Of a stretch of 64,000 bases of DNA, positions 47,670-56,021 are shown piece after piece. Below the pieces are notes generated by a model. That model was not told the origin of the DNA. It saw only the letters and a list, made by a program, of their open reading frames with translations, and made no database searches. Within the stretch, counting starts at the first letter, position 1. Each line of letters opens with the position of its first letter. A program made the translations under genes and the position numbers. Source of the DNA: Escherichia phage FL12; the sequence record PP400786; one strand, written 5' to 3'.

Positions 47670-48680
47670 TCATTTATAATAACTTCGGTGGTTTTCAAGA
47701 TAGACCTTCTCAAGGAAGTCATCCCAAAAACCCATGTCTACTTTTTGCTGCATACCGTTCTTAGAAGCTTCAATAGATGCTGCTTCTACTTGATCGACCA
47801 CATCTTCCAAAAACTCTTGAACCGTTTTAAATGGATGTTTACCCAACTTCACGTCGAGAATAAATGGAGCATCTTTGAGTGGATAAACCAAGTCACCAGT
47901 TTTGTAAATTTCCAATAGTTGAAGTCCACCACGACAAGCATGACTCAAAGCTTTCCAGTCAATACCTTCGTTGGCTTCGGCCTTACGAGCACGTTCACCA
48001 TATTCAGCATCTAGTTTGTTCAGTGACTGCTTAAGCTCAATAAGAGAAAGCGTTGTCTGATATTTACGACCCAACACAGTGTAGAACGTTTGTGGGCCTG
48101 TTTTCTCATGATTATGGAACACCCATTCACAAAATTCGTTTTCTGGAAGACGATGCTTAATATCTTCAACTTTAGTGCGACGTTGCTTAATAGAACCATC
48201 TTCTTGGTAATCAACCCATTGCTCAGGGATTTGATTAACTACTTTCAATACATCACGTAATGCAGCCAAACGAGAACCCTTGACACCGTATTTAGAAGCT
48301 TGCTTGCGGACATATCCTAAATATGATTTCATGTTAGTCGTATAAAAACGAGAACGGTTGTCTTGAATAAACTTCCACACATCAGGCAAATCAGATTTAA
48401 CCACTAGCTCAGGTGGAGTGTGAAGCATATCTAATGCTACAGTTTCACCATCTGCTGCTAATTTAAAGAAATATTTAAGACTGTATAGTTCATGGTCAAT
48501 ATCATCTTTAGTGTTTTTAGATGATGTGTTGTTAGTGTTTTTACTCATGTGCTCTTTGACATTTCCGATAAGAATATCGCGAGCAGGAGGAACAAAAATT
48601 TCTTTAAAATCTACATCAGATTCTGGGGTAGAAGTTCCATAAAGATGACTACCAAAATAAGACTTAACTACAGTTTTCAT
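47670..48680 (-). CDS. Pol-beta superfamily nucleotidyltransferase
   Basis: start moved to ATG 48678-48680 (MKTVVKSYFGSHLYGTSTPESDVDFKEIFVP; RBS AAAGG), 336 aa; hG[GS]x9-13Dh[DE] NTase signature. Confidence 0.5.
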   Translation of the reverse strand: MKTVVKSYFGSHLYGTSTPESDVDFKEIFVPPARDILIGNVKEHMSKNTNNTSSKNTKDDIDHELYSLKYFFKLAADGETVALDMLHTPPELVVKSDLPDVWKFIQDNRSRFYTTNMKSYLGYVRKQASKYGVKGSRLAALRDVLKVVNQIPEQWVDYQEDGSIKQRRTKVEDIKHRLPENEFCEWVFHNHEKTGPQTFYTVLGRKYQTTLSLIELKQSLNKLDAEYGERARKAEANEGIDWKALSHACRGGLQLLEIYKTGDLVYPLKDAPFILDVKLGKHPFKTVQEFLEDVVDQVEAASIEASKNGMQQKVDMGFWDDFLEKVYLENHRSYYK

Positions 48681-49443
48681 TATTAGACCTTTCATAATCT
48701 TCATTAAATTGTACAATCAATCGATGATAATTAGATTTTGGATATCCTAATTTACTTATATAAGTTCCGAATGACCCACGTTTAGGTCTATTTAATTTAA
48801 TCCATAACTTATAAAGTAAGTCATAGTCTTGCCAATGTTTACCAGTTCTTTGTCTAATTTTAGATGAATTTGATTGTTTCTTTTTAGTTTCAAAATTATT
48901 CAAAGATTTTTTGACTGCAGCAGAGTGTTTTTCTTTAACTCCCGGTCGTTTAAAAGCAGCTTTCACCCCTTTAGATATTTTTTCTTTAACTTCCGGTTTG
49001 TTTTGTGCTTCTAACTGGGATTCTGAAATTTTAGCCCTTATTTCAGGAAGACTTAATGTTATCGAACGTTTTTCTCTGTATTCATTAGACTTCCACATTT
49101 CTTTCATTGTATTAGAATGTATTTTTGAAAATTTTTCTCTAACTAACTGATATCCTCTTGAAGTTAATTTGAGATTTCTTCCTAAAGAATCTTCTCCAAA
49201 ATTATAAAATGACCACCATGCATAAATTAATCCAGGCGAATTATAATGAATTTTAGCTAAAAGCCAATGGGCTATAAAATGCTCTCTAGCTGTTAATAAA
49301 ACTAGATTATCAGAATCATCATTACCACCAATACAAGATGGAATAATATGATGCTTTTCCGTATAAAAATTTAATTTAGATTTATCTAATTTTCTGAGTT
49401 TTCCTTTCTTAATTAAATTATTATATACTTTAGTATAATTCAT
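48664..49443 (-). CDS. mobD: HNH homing endonuclease MobD-like
   Basis: 259 aa; HNH motif HHIIPSCIGGNDDSDNLVLLTAREHFIAHW. Confidence 0.55.
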   Translation of the reverse strand: MNYTKVYNNLIKKGKLRKLDKSKLNFYTEKHHIIPSCIGGNDDSDNLVLLTAREHFIAHWLLAKIHYNSPGLIYAWWSFYNFGEDSLGRNLKLTSRGYQLVREKFSKIHSNTMKEMWKSNEYREKRSITLSLPEIRAKISESQLEAQNKPEVKEKISKGVKAAFKRPGVKEKHSAAVKKSLNNFETKKKQSNSSKIRQRTGKHWQDYDLLYKLWIKLNRPKRGSFGTYISKLGYPKSNYHRLIVQFNEDYERSNNENCS

Positions 49444-49517
49444 TGGTTCTTCGTCTCATTTAATTTTGCTTTGCATTTATAACACATGTCTGTTCCACCT
49501 GAAATAAACATATTTCC

Positions 49518-50075
49518 TCACTTTGAAATCATAGTTGGAATGACAGAATCAAGATAAGTCTTTAGCGCAATAGCTTCGTCTTTGGTAAATGTGACAATAT
49601 GTGATCGAAAATCGTCAATTTGGCGAATAGATACTACATCTCCCTCTTCATAACATTTTGATACATTTAAAAGAGTTTCATCATTCTGATTGCAAGCGTT
49701 AGTAATAATAGCATTGCAATTTTTGAGCCATTTTAAACTATGTTTTCTTTCATTAGAATAATAAAAATATTTAATCTTAGCTATAAAACTATCCCAATGG
49801 ATAACTGATAAACGCATTGACTCACTTTTAATATTAAATCCTGGGCATGAAGAATAAAAATGAATTTTGTGCTCATCATTGATGCTTACAATTTTATCAG
49901 TATAAGGATATTCAATTTGGGTTAAATGAATAATTTCACTAGATGTAAAATACAGCATATCGTCTTTTTGCGTCAAACGATACATGTTATTTACTTTTTC
50001 TATAGCCAATTCACCAAAAAGCGGACTAACTTCTAATACTAATCGTTTCATATTGATTCTCTTCGACTCGCTCAC
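49518..50075 (-). CDS. hypothetical protein
   Basis: ORF track 185 aa. Confidence 0.45.
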   Translation of the reverse strand: MSESKRINMKRLVLEVSPLFGELAIEKVNNMYRLTQKDDMLYFTSSEIIHLTQIEYPYTDKIVSINDEHKIHFYSSCPGFNIKSESMRLSVIHWDSFIAKIKYFYYSNERKHSLKWLKNCNAIITNACNQNDETLLNVSKCYEEGDVVSIRQIDDFRSHIVTFTKDEAIALKTYLDSVIPTMISK

Positions 50076-50201
50076 AATTACATACTCCTTTGAATAATAT
50101 CAATAATGTTGTTCACCAAATTATAAGTAAACATTGGGTAATTTTATATTGAATCATCACATACACAACAAACAAAATTTTCATTCTCTTCTCCCCAGCA
50201 G

Positions 50202-50242
50202 TTGACAAGATTACTATACCATAATCTTGTCAACTTGTAAAC
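50202..50242 (-). promoter_or_regulatory. T4-type early promoter whose -10 is embraced by a perfect 12-bp inverted repeat
   Basis: minus strand GTTTACaagTTGACAAGATTAtggTATAGTAATCTTGTCAA; arms TTGACAAGATTA/TAATCTTGTCAA. Confidence 0.45.
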
Positions 50243-50244
50243 CA

Positions 50245-50418
50245 TTAAATGACGTTTTCAATAAAATTTTGAAGCTTTGTGTGAGCATCAACCATGATTT
50301 TCATTTCTTCTTTGGCGAAAGCTGTACCTCTTTCCCGAGCAGAATACTCATAGTCAGAAACTGCATTAGCATATTCTTCAATTAGCTTCATTAAAAACAT
50401 CTGCTTTTCAGTTTTCAT
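50245..50418 (-). CDS. small acidic protein
   Basis: Own translation 57 aa MKTEKQMFLMKLIEEYANAVSDYEYSARERGTAFAKEEMKIMVDAHTKLQNFIENVI. Confidence 0.4.
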   Translation of the reverse strand: MKTEKQMFLMKLIEEYANAVSDYEYSARERGTAFAKEEMKIMVDAHTKLQNFIENVI

Positions 50419-50602
50419 TATTCCACCTAATCATTTCAAGATATTGAACTAACTTAGCTTTAGATTTATCCAAATCCTTTTTAGCTGCTTCTATACCGTC
50501 GTATGAATATCCTTCACAATGCTCAACTGCTAATTGATATGAATCCATTTCAATATCACGTGCTAATTTAATGATTTTTTCAAACTGTTCGCATGTTAGC
50601 AT
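50408..50602 (-). CDS. small acidic protein, tandem paralog
   Basis: ORF track 64 aa; MLTCEQFEKIIKLARDIE similar to next ORF. Confidence 0.45.
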   Translation of the reverse strand: MLTCEQFEKIIKLARDIEMDSYQLAVEHCEGYSYDGIEAAKKDLDKSKAKLVQYLEMIRWNNEN

Positions 50603-50604
50603 AC

Positions 50605-50808
50605 TTACACTCTCGTGTTATGATCGATAATTTCATCAAGAAACATATCTAACGCTTCTAAAGCATTATCAACTTTAGCTTCAAGTTCATCAATGCCTTT
50701 ATTTGCAATGCCTGACGAAAACCAAGCAAAGTCACTAAGTTCCTCGTCTGCTTTACGAATTAAAGCTACCAATTCTTTAATCTTATCCGCTTGTTCGATA
50801 CTAATCAT
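50605..50808 (-). CDS. small acidic protein, tandem paralog
   Basis: start moved to ATG 50806-50808 ([19 protein letters not shown]), 67 aa. Confidence 0.45.
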   Translation of the reverse strand: MISIEQADKIKELVALIRKADEELSDFAWFSSGIANKGIDELEAKVDNALEALDMFLDEIIDHNTRV

Positions 50809-50996
50809 TATTCCACCACATATGAAAGAGAGAATATTGCACACGCCATGTGAGTTGCAACTTCATCACACATATTATAACGTTTCTTAAGAAGTTCTAC
50901 AAGTTCTTCACTAGTAACTTCATCCATGTCGACGAAAAAATCACCATTAATGATGACGTAGATATTTCCTTCTTGATTGAGTGCTTCAATTTTCAT
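50808..50996 (-). CDS. small acidic protein
   Basis: start moved to ATG 50994-50996 ([21 protein letters not shown]; RBS AAAGAGGAGAA), 62 aa. Confidence 0.45.
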
Positions 50997-51069
50997 GATG
51001 TTCTCCTCTTTATCCGATAGTTGTATAGTACCACAGCTCAAACGGAAAGTAAACCGGTAAAATGAAAAA

Positions 51070-51087
51070 AGTCTCCCGAAGGAGACT
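51070..51087 (-). terminator. GC hairpin (agtctcccgaaggagact) with T-run on the minus strand
   Basis: plus-strand AAAAAA precedes the hairpin. Confidence 0.5.
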
Positions 51088-51091
51088 AATG

Positions 51092-51478
51092 TTATTCGAG
51101 GGAAAGAAGATACTTACTCTGATAAAACATTCCAGTAATATCATCTATCGTGCTTTGGATGGCTGGAGGCATTTCTTTATAAATGCTGTTAGATTGGTCT
51201 AGTATGCGATCAATCATTTTAATTGTGTCGGTAGGAAGTTTACTAGCATCTGGAATTGAAGGTGTGTATTTTCTACCAGAATACCCCAAATATTGCTCAC
51301 CAAATTTATCAATCAAATCTGGCAACTCGGAGAAAATAAAATCGTATGCTTTGTGTCTAGCATAACTTTTAGTTTCAAAATGTGCAGAATGAAAATAAGC
51401 TTGTGCAGCCATTAATAAACCTAAGTATTCATCTGCCTTTGAAGGTTTTCCACTTTGTGAAAAGTCGCTGAATTTCAT
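51092..51478 (-). CDS. hypothetical protein
   Basis: ORF track 128 aa. Confidence 0.45.
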
Positions 51479-51768
51479 TCAGTCTCCAATTTAATGTTCA
51501 TAATTCTAGCGTATGATTGTGCCATCTCCGCGCCTCGTTCTATACATTCAAAATCAGAAGAGCACGGGTCATTTTTATAGGTCGTTCTCATAAAACTATA
51601 GAATTGTTCAGACGATTCTACGCTTTTATTTTCAAAAAGTGTATAAACGTGCCTAATACCAGATTCCATAAATTTATCAAAATGAGGATCGACATTCGCT
51701 TCAATCGGTGGAGATAAAGCAAACGCTAATCCTAGCATGGCAAATAGTGCCGTTGCTTTTAAGGCCAT
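51475..51768 (-). CDS. rI: lysis inhibition regulator RI
   Basis: 97 aa; MALKATALFAMLGLAFALSPPIEANVDPHFDKFMESGIRHVY matches remembered T4 RI. Confidence 0.8.
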   Translation of the reverse strand: MALKATALFAMLGLAFALSPPIEANVDPHFDKFMESGIRHVYTLFENKSVESSEQFYSFMRTTYKNDPCSSDFECIERGAEMAQSYARIMNIKLETE

Positions 51769-51780
51769 AAAGGCCTCCTA

Positions 51781-51993
51781 TCATTTTTGTCCTGTATTTA
51801 CTTTATGCCGATGCACGGCCTTAACTTTATCAAGGTATTTTTCAAAATTTCGCAATCTAGTATAGTCTGCCGGAGATTGGTTGAGTGATACTTCTCGACG
51901 CAAAGCTGAAATGATATTTCCAACTTCCCTACGAATTTCATCTAATTGAAGAACAGTAAGATTGCGAAGTTGCTTTTCAGTTAATTGTAGCAT
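51781..51993 (-). CDS. small hypothetical protein
   Basis: ORF track 70 aa. Confidence 0.45.
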
Positions 51994-52035
51994 ATATACC
52001 CCTTTAGTTAGATAAACCTATTTATAACTTTTGCA

Positions 52036-52617
52036 CTAACCGAGCTTTTTGGTTAATTCATTCCAATGTTTTCTACACAAAGAAACATAAATTTCATCAC
52101 CAATACAGATTTGATTACCTTCTTTAACTGGTGTTCCATCTTCCATTAATCGAGCTGTCATAATCGCTTTTTTACCGCAATGACAAACTGCTTTTAGTTC
52201 AATAAGTTTATCTGCAATCGCTAAAAGTTCTTTAGAACCTTCAAATAATTTTCCAGCGAAATCAGTCCTTAATCCATAAGCCATAACAGGAACATTATAT
52301 GTATCAACAATTCGGCTCAATTGATGCACCTGTTCAGTTTTTAAAAACTGAGCTTCATCTACAAATACGCAATGAATATCTTTTTGTGCTTCAGCCCATT
52401 TATAGAACTCGAAAATATCCATATCATCTGTAATAATATTCGCTTCCTGCTTAATTCCAATGCGAGAAACGACTTCACAGACAGAATCGCGAGTATCAAT
52501 AGCAGGCTTAAGAACTAATACACTCATTCCACGTTCTTTATAATTATGCGCAGCAGTCAAAAGAGAAGCAGATTTTCCAGCATTCATTGCTGCATAAGTA
52601 AAAATTAAACTCGCCAT
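52036..52617 (-). CDS. tk: thymidine kinase
   Basis: 193 aa as T4 Tk; P-loop NAGKSAS; C-terminal zinc ribbon CHCGK...CRKH. Confidence 0.85.
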   Translation of the reverse strand: MASLIFTYAAMNAGKSASLLTAAHNYKERGMSVLVLKPAIDTRDSVCEVVSRIGIKQEANIITDDMDIFEFYKWAEAQKDIHCVFVDEAQFLKTEQVHQLSRIVDTYNVPVMAYGLRTDFAGKLFEGSKELLAIADKLIELKAVCHCGKKAIMTARLMEDGTPVKEGNQICIGDEIYVSLCRKHWNELTKKLG

Positions 52618-52626
52618 ATCACCTTC

Positions 52627-52818
52627 TTAAAGCGTATTCACATAAGCTATTAATTCATTTTCTTTCTTATCAAACCGATCAGCAAATTCTTCCTGCTGTT
52701 CAGGAGATAGCGGGCCGTATTCATCATAAAAGGTGTTTGCTTCTGTATGCTCATCTAGAAGTTCATTGATAAGCTCAAACAATTTATCTTTTTGTTCTTT
52801 ACTCAGACTCATAACCAT
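52627..52818 (-). CDS. small acidic protein
   Basis: ORF track 63 aa. Confidence 0.45.
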   Translation of the reverse strand: MVMSLSKEQKDKLFELINELLDEHTEANTFYDEYGPLSPEQQEEFADRFDKKENELIAYVNTL

Positions 52819-53036
52819 GTCACCTTTAAGCAGTATTCTTCTACATGCTGTTTACGACCTTTCTTATCAATAAAGGTATATTCAACGAATGTTCCAATGT
52901 AGTCTTTATCTACATCATGTGGACTATTAATTGGACATTTAGTACGGCAAATGCGTTCCCATTGACGAATAATTACTGCCTTATTCTTTGGGTCATACGG
53001 ATGTGGATAATGTATATTCATAATAACGGTTCCCAA
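52809..53036 (-). CDS. small hypothetical protein
   Basis: ORF track 75 aa. Confidence 0.45.
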   Translation of the reverse strand: MGTVIMNIHYPHPYDPKNKAVIIRQWERICRTKCPINSPHDVDKDYIGTFVEYTFIDKKGRKQHVEEYCLKVTWL

Positions 53037-53485
53037 TCAACAATCACAATTTCTAATTTAGAGGAATATGTATCTAAAATCCCCTCAATAATATCCCAGT
53101 TCCCTCTACCTATGCCTGCACCAATCCTAGGCACATAGATTGTAGGTTTAATCAGTTTATTTTCACCAAACTCATTTAATTCTAACATACAATTCATTAA
53201 AGCGGAATACTCAAAATTTGGCCCTGGTTGAAATTGAGTATAAAGGTTGAAGCAATACGCTTTATGAGTCCTAAAGTATTTTTCATAGACTGAGTAAGAA
53301 CCGAGTTTAGTTACATCACCCCATTCAGTCTGTAATTTATCAGCTTCCAAAATTTTAGGGAAAGCTTTGGTTAATTGACCCGCTACGCCTGAACCCATAG
53401 TATGAAAACAATTGCATCCATGCGCAATATTTTTACCTTCAGCGAAAAGGGCGACAATATCGCCCTTGATATATTTTACAATCAT
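53018..53485 (-). CDS. macro-domain protein (TARG1/OARD1/DarG-like ADP-ribose hydrolase fold)
   Basis: 155 aa; GDIV-x7-NIAHGCNC-x4-MGSGVAGQ and C-terminal VPRIGAGIGRG; ATGA-coupled to upstream gene; RBS GAGGA. Confidence 0.55.
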   Translation of the reverse strand: MIVKYIKGDIVALFAEGKNIAHGCNCFHTMGSGVAGQLTKAFPKILEADKLQTEWGDVTKLGSYSVYEKYFRTHKAYCFNLYTQFQPGPNFEYSALMNCMLELNEFGENKLIKPTIYVPRIGAGIGRGNWDIIEGILDTYSSKLEIVIVDWEPLL

Positions 53486-53829
53486 CTAGTACTCAATCCT
53501 CGATTATAAGAATCTACCAAACGGTCAACCATTGAATGACAAGCGGCTTTATCTTTCTCCTCCGCAACTGAGCATTCTAAGGTATTCCACTTTTTAGCAT
53601 ATCGTTTTAATAATGTATCGTTTTTGTATCTGCTTGATTTATCTCTTTCTCCGTCTTTATATGCATATATTAATTTCTGTGCAAATTCAGCTTGGCATGC
53701 TTTATTTTTCCCACAATAATCTGCCGCAGTGCGGTTTACATATTCTCTAATTTCAGTATATGATGTATCTGCTGACGCAGAAGCAGAAAATGAAATTAAT
53801 CCTATACATAAAACCAAAATTTTAGTCAT
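53482..53829 (-). CDS. secreted/periplasmic Cys-containing protein
   Basis: 115 aa; signal peptide MTKILVLCIGLISFSASASA. Confidence 0.45.
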   Translation of the reverse strand: MTKILVLCIGLISFSASASADTSYTEIREYVNRTAADYCGKNKACQAEFAQKLIYAYKDGERDKSSRYKNDTLLKRYAKKWNTLECSVAEEKDKAACHSMVDRLVDSYNRGLSTR

Positions 53830-54367
53830 TTACTATTTCCAAAAGTTTATTATTTTTAAGGTAATTAGCCTTTTCTAGGACTTCAGAAGCATATTTAGAA
53901 CCAGCTTTAACATTCCATCCCGAATTATAAGAGGATATTGCTTTTCTTATATCACCCTTATGTATATTTAACCAATAAGAAAGTTCAATGTACGCCCAGG
54001 AAGCTGAATTGGATCGTTTATTCAACATTCTTTTTATTTCAGCATCGGTCATATTATAACCAAGTTCCTTAACTCTTGCTCGCATAGTAGGCAAATAATT
54101 TTGGAACATTCCGTAGGCGTGATGCTTTGGTTTAGATTTTAAATTAACTCCGCCAGAGCTTTCTTGCCATAAAATGGCTGCCATTATATGACCTAATCCA
54201 CTCTTGTGGATATTTTTGTGTGTTTTATATTTTCCATCCTTAGAAAATTGTTCCCCGAATTGATATGCATAACGCATGTTATCGAGTTGGACATTACTGA
54301 AAGTATGCTCGGAGCTATGTGCCATCATTGAAATGGCCAATAGACCAGCGAGTAGTGCTTTTCTCAT
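53822..54367 (-). CDS. secreted lytic transglycosylase-like (SLT/lysozyme-like) protein
   Basis: 181 aa; signal peptide; ILWQESSGG and AYGMFQ motifs. Confidence 0.5.
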   Translation of the reverse strand: MRKALLAGLLAISMMAHSSEHTFSNVQLDNMRYAYQFGEQFSKDGKYKTHKNIHKSGLGHIMAAILWQESSGGVNLKSKPKHHAYGMFQNYLPTMRARVKELGYNMTDAEIKRMLNKRSNSASWAYIELSYWLNIHKGDIRKAISSYNSGWNVKAGSKYASEVLEKANYLKNNKLLEIVND

Positions 54368-54374
54368 GCTTACC

Positions 54375-54836
54375 TCATTGAGTTTTAATTACTGCTTTAG
54401 AAGCCTTTCCTGGTAAACGACGACTGTTAATAATTGCCATCCTGCATTGAAGTGACGGGTTTTTGAACTTCTCATTAGGCTTACAAACTGTAAATCCAAG
54501 CCAAAGATTTCCATCTGTGATTTCTAAACGTCCAGGACGATATTCAACCCCATCAATAAAATCCTCATCAATGTCAGGACGCGGAGGCATACTTAGGAAT
54601 TCATTAACTTCTAAAACATGGTCTTTTATTTTATGGAATAATTCAAAAACATATGTCTCATCAATCTCCCGTTGAATTGCACGATCAAGAAGATGTTGAG
54701 AATATTTTAGATGAAACGATGAGACCCCTGCTGCTTTTGATGCCTCACGAATCTCATTGTTAATTTGACGAAACTCCGACTCAAAGTGACGACGAAGCTT
54801 ATTTCGACGGATAAAAACTTCTGTATTGATAGTCAT
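54375..54836 (-). CDS. regB: endoribonuclease RegB
   Basis: 153 aa as T4 RegB; MTINTEVFIRRNKLRRHFESEF. Confidence 0.75.
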   Translation of the reverse strand: MTINTEVFIRRNKLRRHFESEFRQINNEIREASKAAGVSSFHLKYSQHLLDRAIQREIDETYVFELFHKIKDHVLEVNEFLSMPPRPDIDEDFIDGVEYRPGRLEITDGNLWLGFTVCKPNEKFKNPSLQCRMAIINSRRLPGKASKAVIKTQ

Positions 54837-54864
54837 GTTATTCTCCTCTTAACTGATAGAAAAA

Positions 54865-54893
54865 TTATACCACAGTCAAGAGGAAAAGTAAAC
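54865..54893 (-). promoter_or_regulatory. T4-type early promoter upstream of regB
   Basis: minus strand GTTTACttttcctcttgactgtgGTATAAT. Confidence 0.5.
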
Positions 54894-54895
54894 AG

Positions 54896-55171
54896 TTATT
54901 CTTTAAATCTAATCAATTTATTCATAGACTTTGAAACTTCGGCACGAACCTCATGTAGATTTTTGAGCTGTTCAAGACGCTGCGTATAGTAAGCAATTTC
55001 ATCTTCTTCGAGACAGTCCTGCGAATCTTCTTTAAGATAGCGTGCATAGTCCTGGAAAGCGTTACGGACTACTTCCTGGAAGTCATCAAGACTTTGAATT
55101 TTCTTAGGAGCAACAGATACACGACGAGGTGCAGTATAATACTCATAACCAAACCCTGCGCTTAATTGGGC
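54896..55171 (-). other. 91-codon open frame lacking any ATG/GTG/TTG start, in frame with and homologous to the upstream gene across a TAG codon
   Basis: Own translation [91 protein letters not shown]. Confidence 0.4.
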
Positions 55172-55438
55172 CTAATATTTTTCCTCTGGTTGGAACACAG
55201 CACGACAAGCCCACATACTGGCTTCTTTGAGTTTCGTTTTAGCAATAGTTAACTGATCGAGGCTTTCGGCGTAATTCTTCGCGAGTTCATCATCTTCACA
55301 GCTATCAAATGCTTCCCAGAATTCATCATATAAAGCATCAAAGATAAGTCCTAAACGAACTTCAGCGTCTTTGATAGCATTCACTTTACCGATTTTCTCT
55401 TCAGTATGTGGCTTATAACCCTTAATGTCTTCAATCAT
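55172..55438 (-). CDS. hypothetical acidic protein terminating at an in-frame amber codon
   Basis: start moved to ATG 55436-55438 (MIEDIKGYKPHTEEK), 88 aa; TAG stop at 55172-55174. Confidence 0.45.
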   Translation of the reverse strand: MIEDIKGYKPHTEEKIGKVNAIKDAEVRLGLIFDALYDEFWEAFDSCEDDELAKNYAESLDQLTIAKTKLKEASMWACRAVFQPEEKY

Positions 55439-55652
55439 ATTTGACTTCCTCACCAGTACATAAATCATATTCAACTAAACGAATAGGTTCATGAATGCCA
55501 TATCCCTGAACAGAAATTTCTGTCGTAGGATAAATTCCATCAATATCACCCATATTCCACGCTTCATTAAATTGCTGTTCGCCTGAATTACTAAACCATT
55601 CTGCGAAAGCATTTAGCACATCTTCAGAACCTTCAATAATTATCTTTGCCAT
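55431..55652 (-). CDS. small acidic protein
   Basis: ORF track 73 aa. Confidence 0.45.
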   Translation of the reverse strand: MAKIIIEGSEDVLNAFAEWFSNSGEQQFNEAWNMGDIDGIYPTTEISVQGYGIHEPIRLVEYDLCTGEEVKYD

Positions 55653-56014
55653 TACAAACTCTCGGTGAAGGTACGAGCGATAACGTCGCGCTGCTGTTCC
55701 GGAGTCAGAGAGTTAAAGCGAACTGCATAACCGGATACACGGATGGTCAGCTGCGGATATTTTTCCGGATGCTTAACTGCATCTTCCAGAGTTTCACGAC
55801 GCAGAACGTTAACGTTCAGGTGTTGACCACCCTCAATTTTAACTGTAGGTTGTGTTTCAATTTCAATTTCACGGGCATGCAAACCATAGAAAATTTCTGG
55901 GTCTACAATAGCGTCTTCTTTAAAAGTCTTAGAGACAATAATCCGGGCTTGAATACCGTCTTCAAAATAAATAGTACCTTTATGCGTGCCTTCAAGAATT
56001 TGATATGCTTTCAT
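55652..56014 (-). CDS. autonomous glycyl radical cofactor (GrcA/YfiD-like)
   Basis: 120 aa; C-terminal half [60 protein letters not shown] is the GrcA glycyl-radical domain; T4 encodes the homolog Y06I. Confidence 0.8.
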   Translation of the reverse strand: MKAYQILEGTHKGTIYFEDGIQARIIVSKTFKEDAIVDPEIFYGLHAREIEIETQPTVKIEGGQHLNVNVLRRETLEDAVKHPEKYPQLTIRVSGYAVRFNSLTPEQQRDVIARTFTESL

Positions 56015-56021
56015 ATAAACC

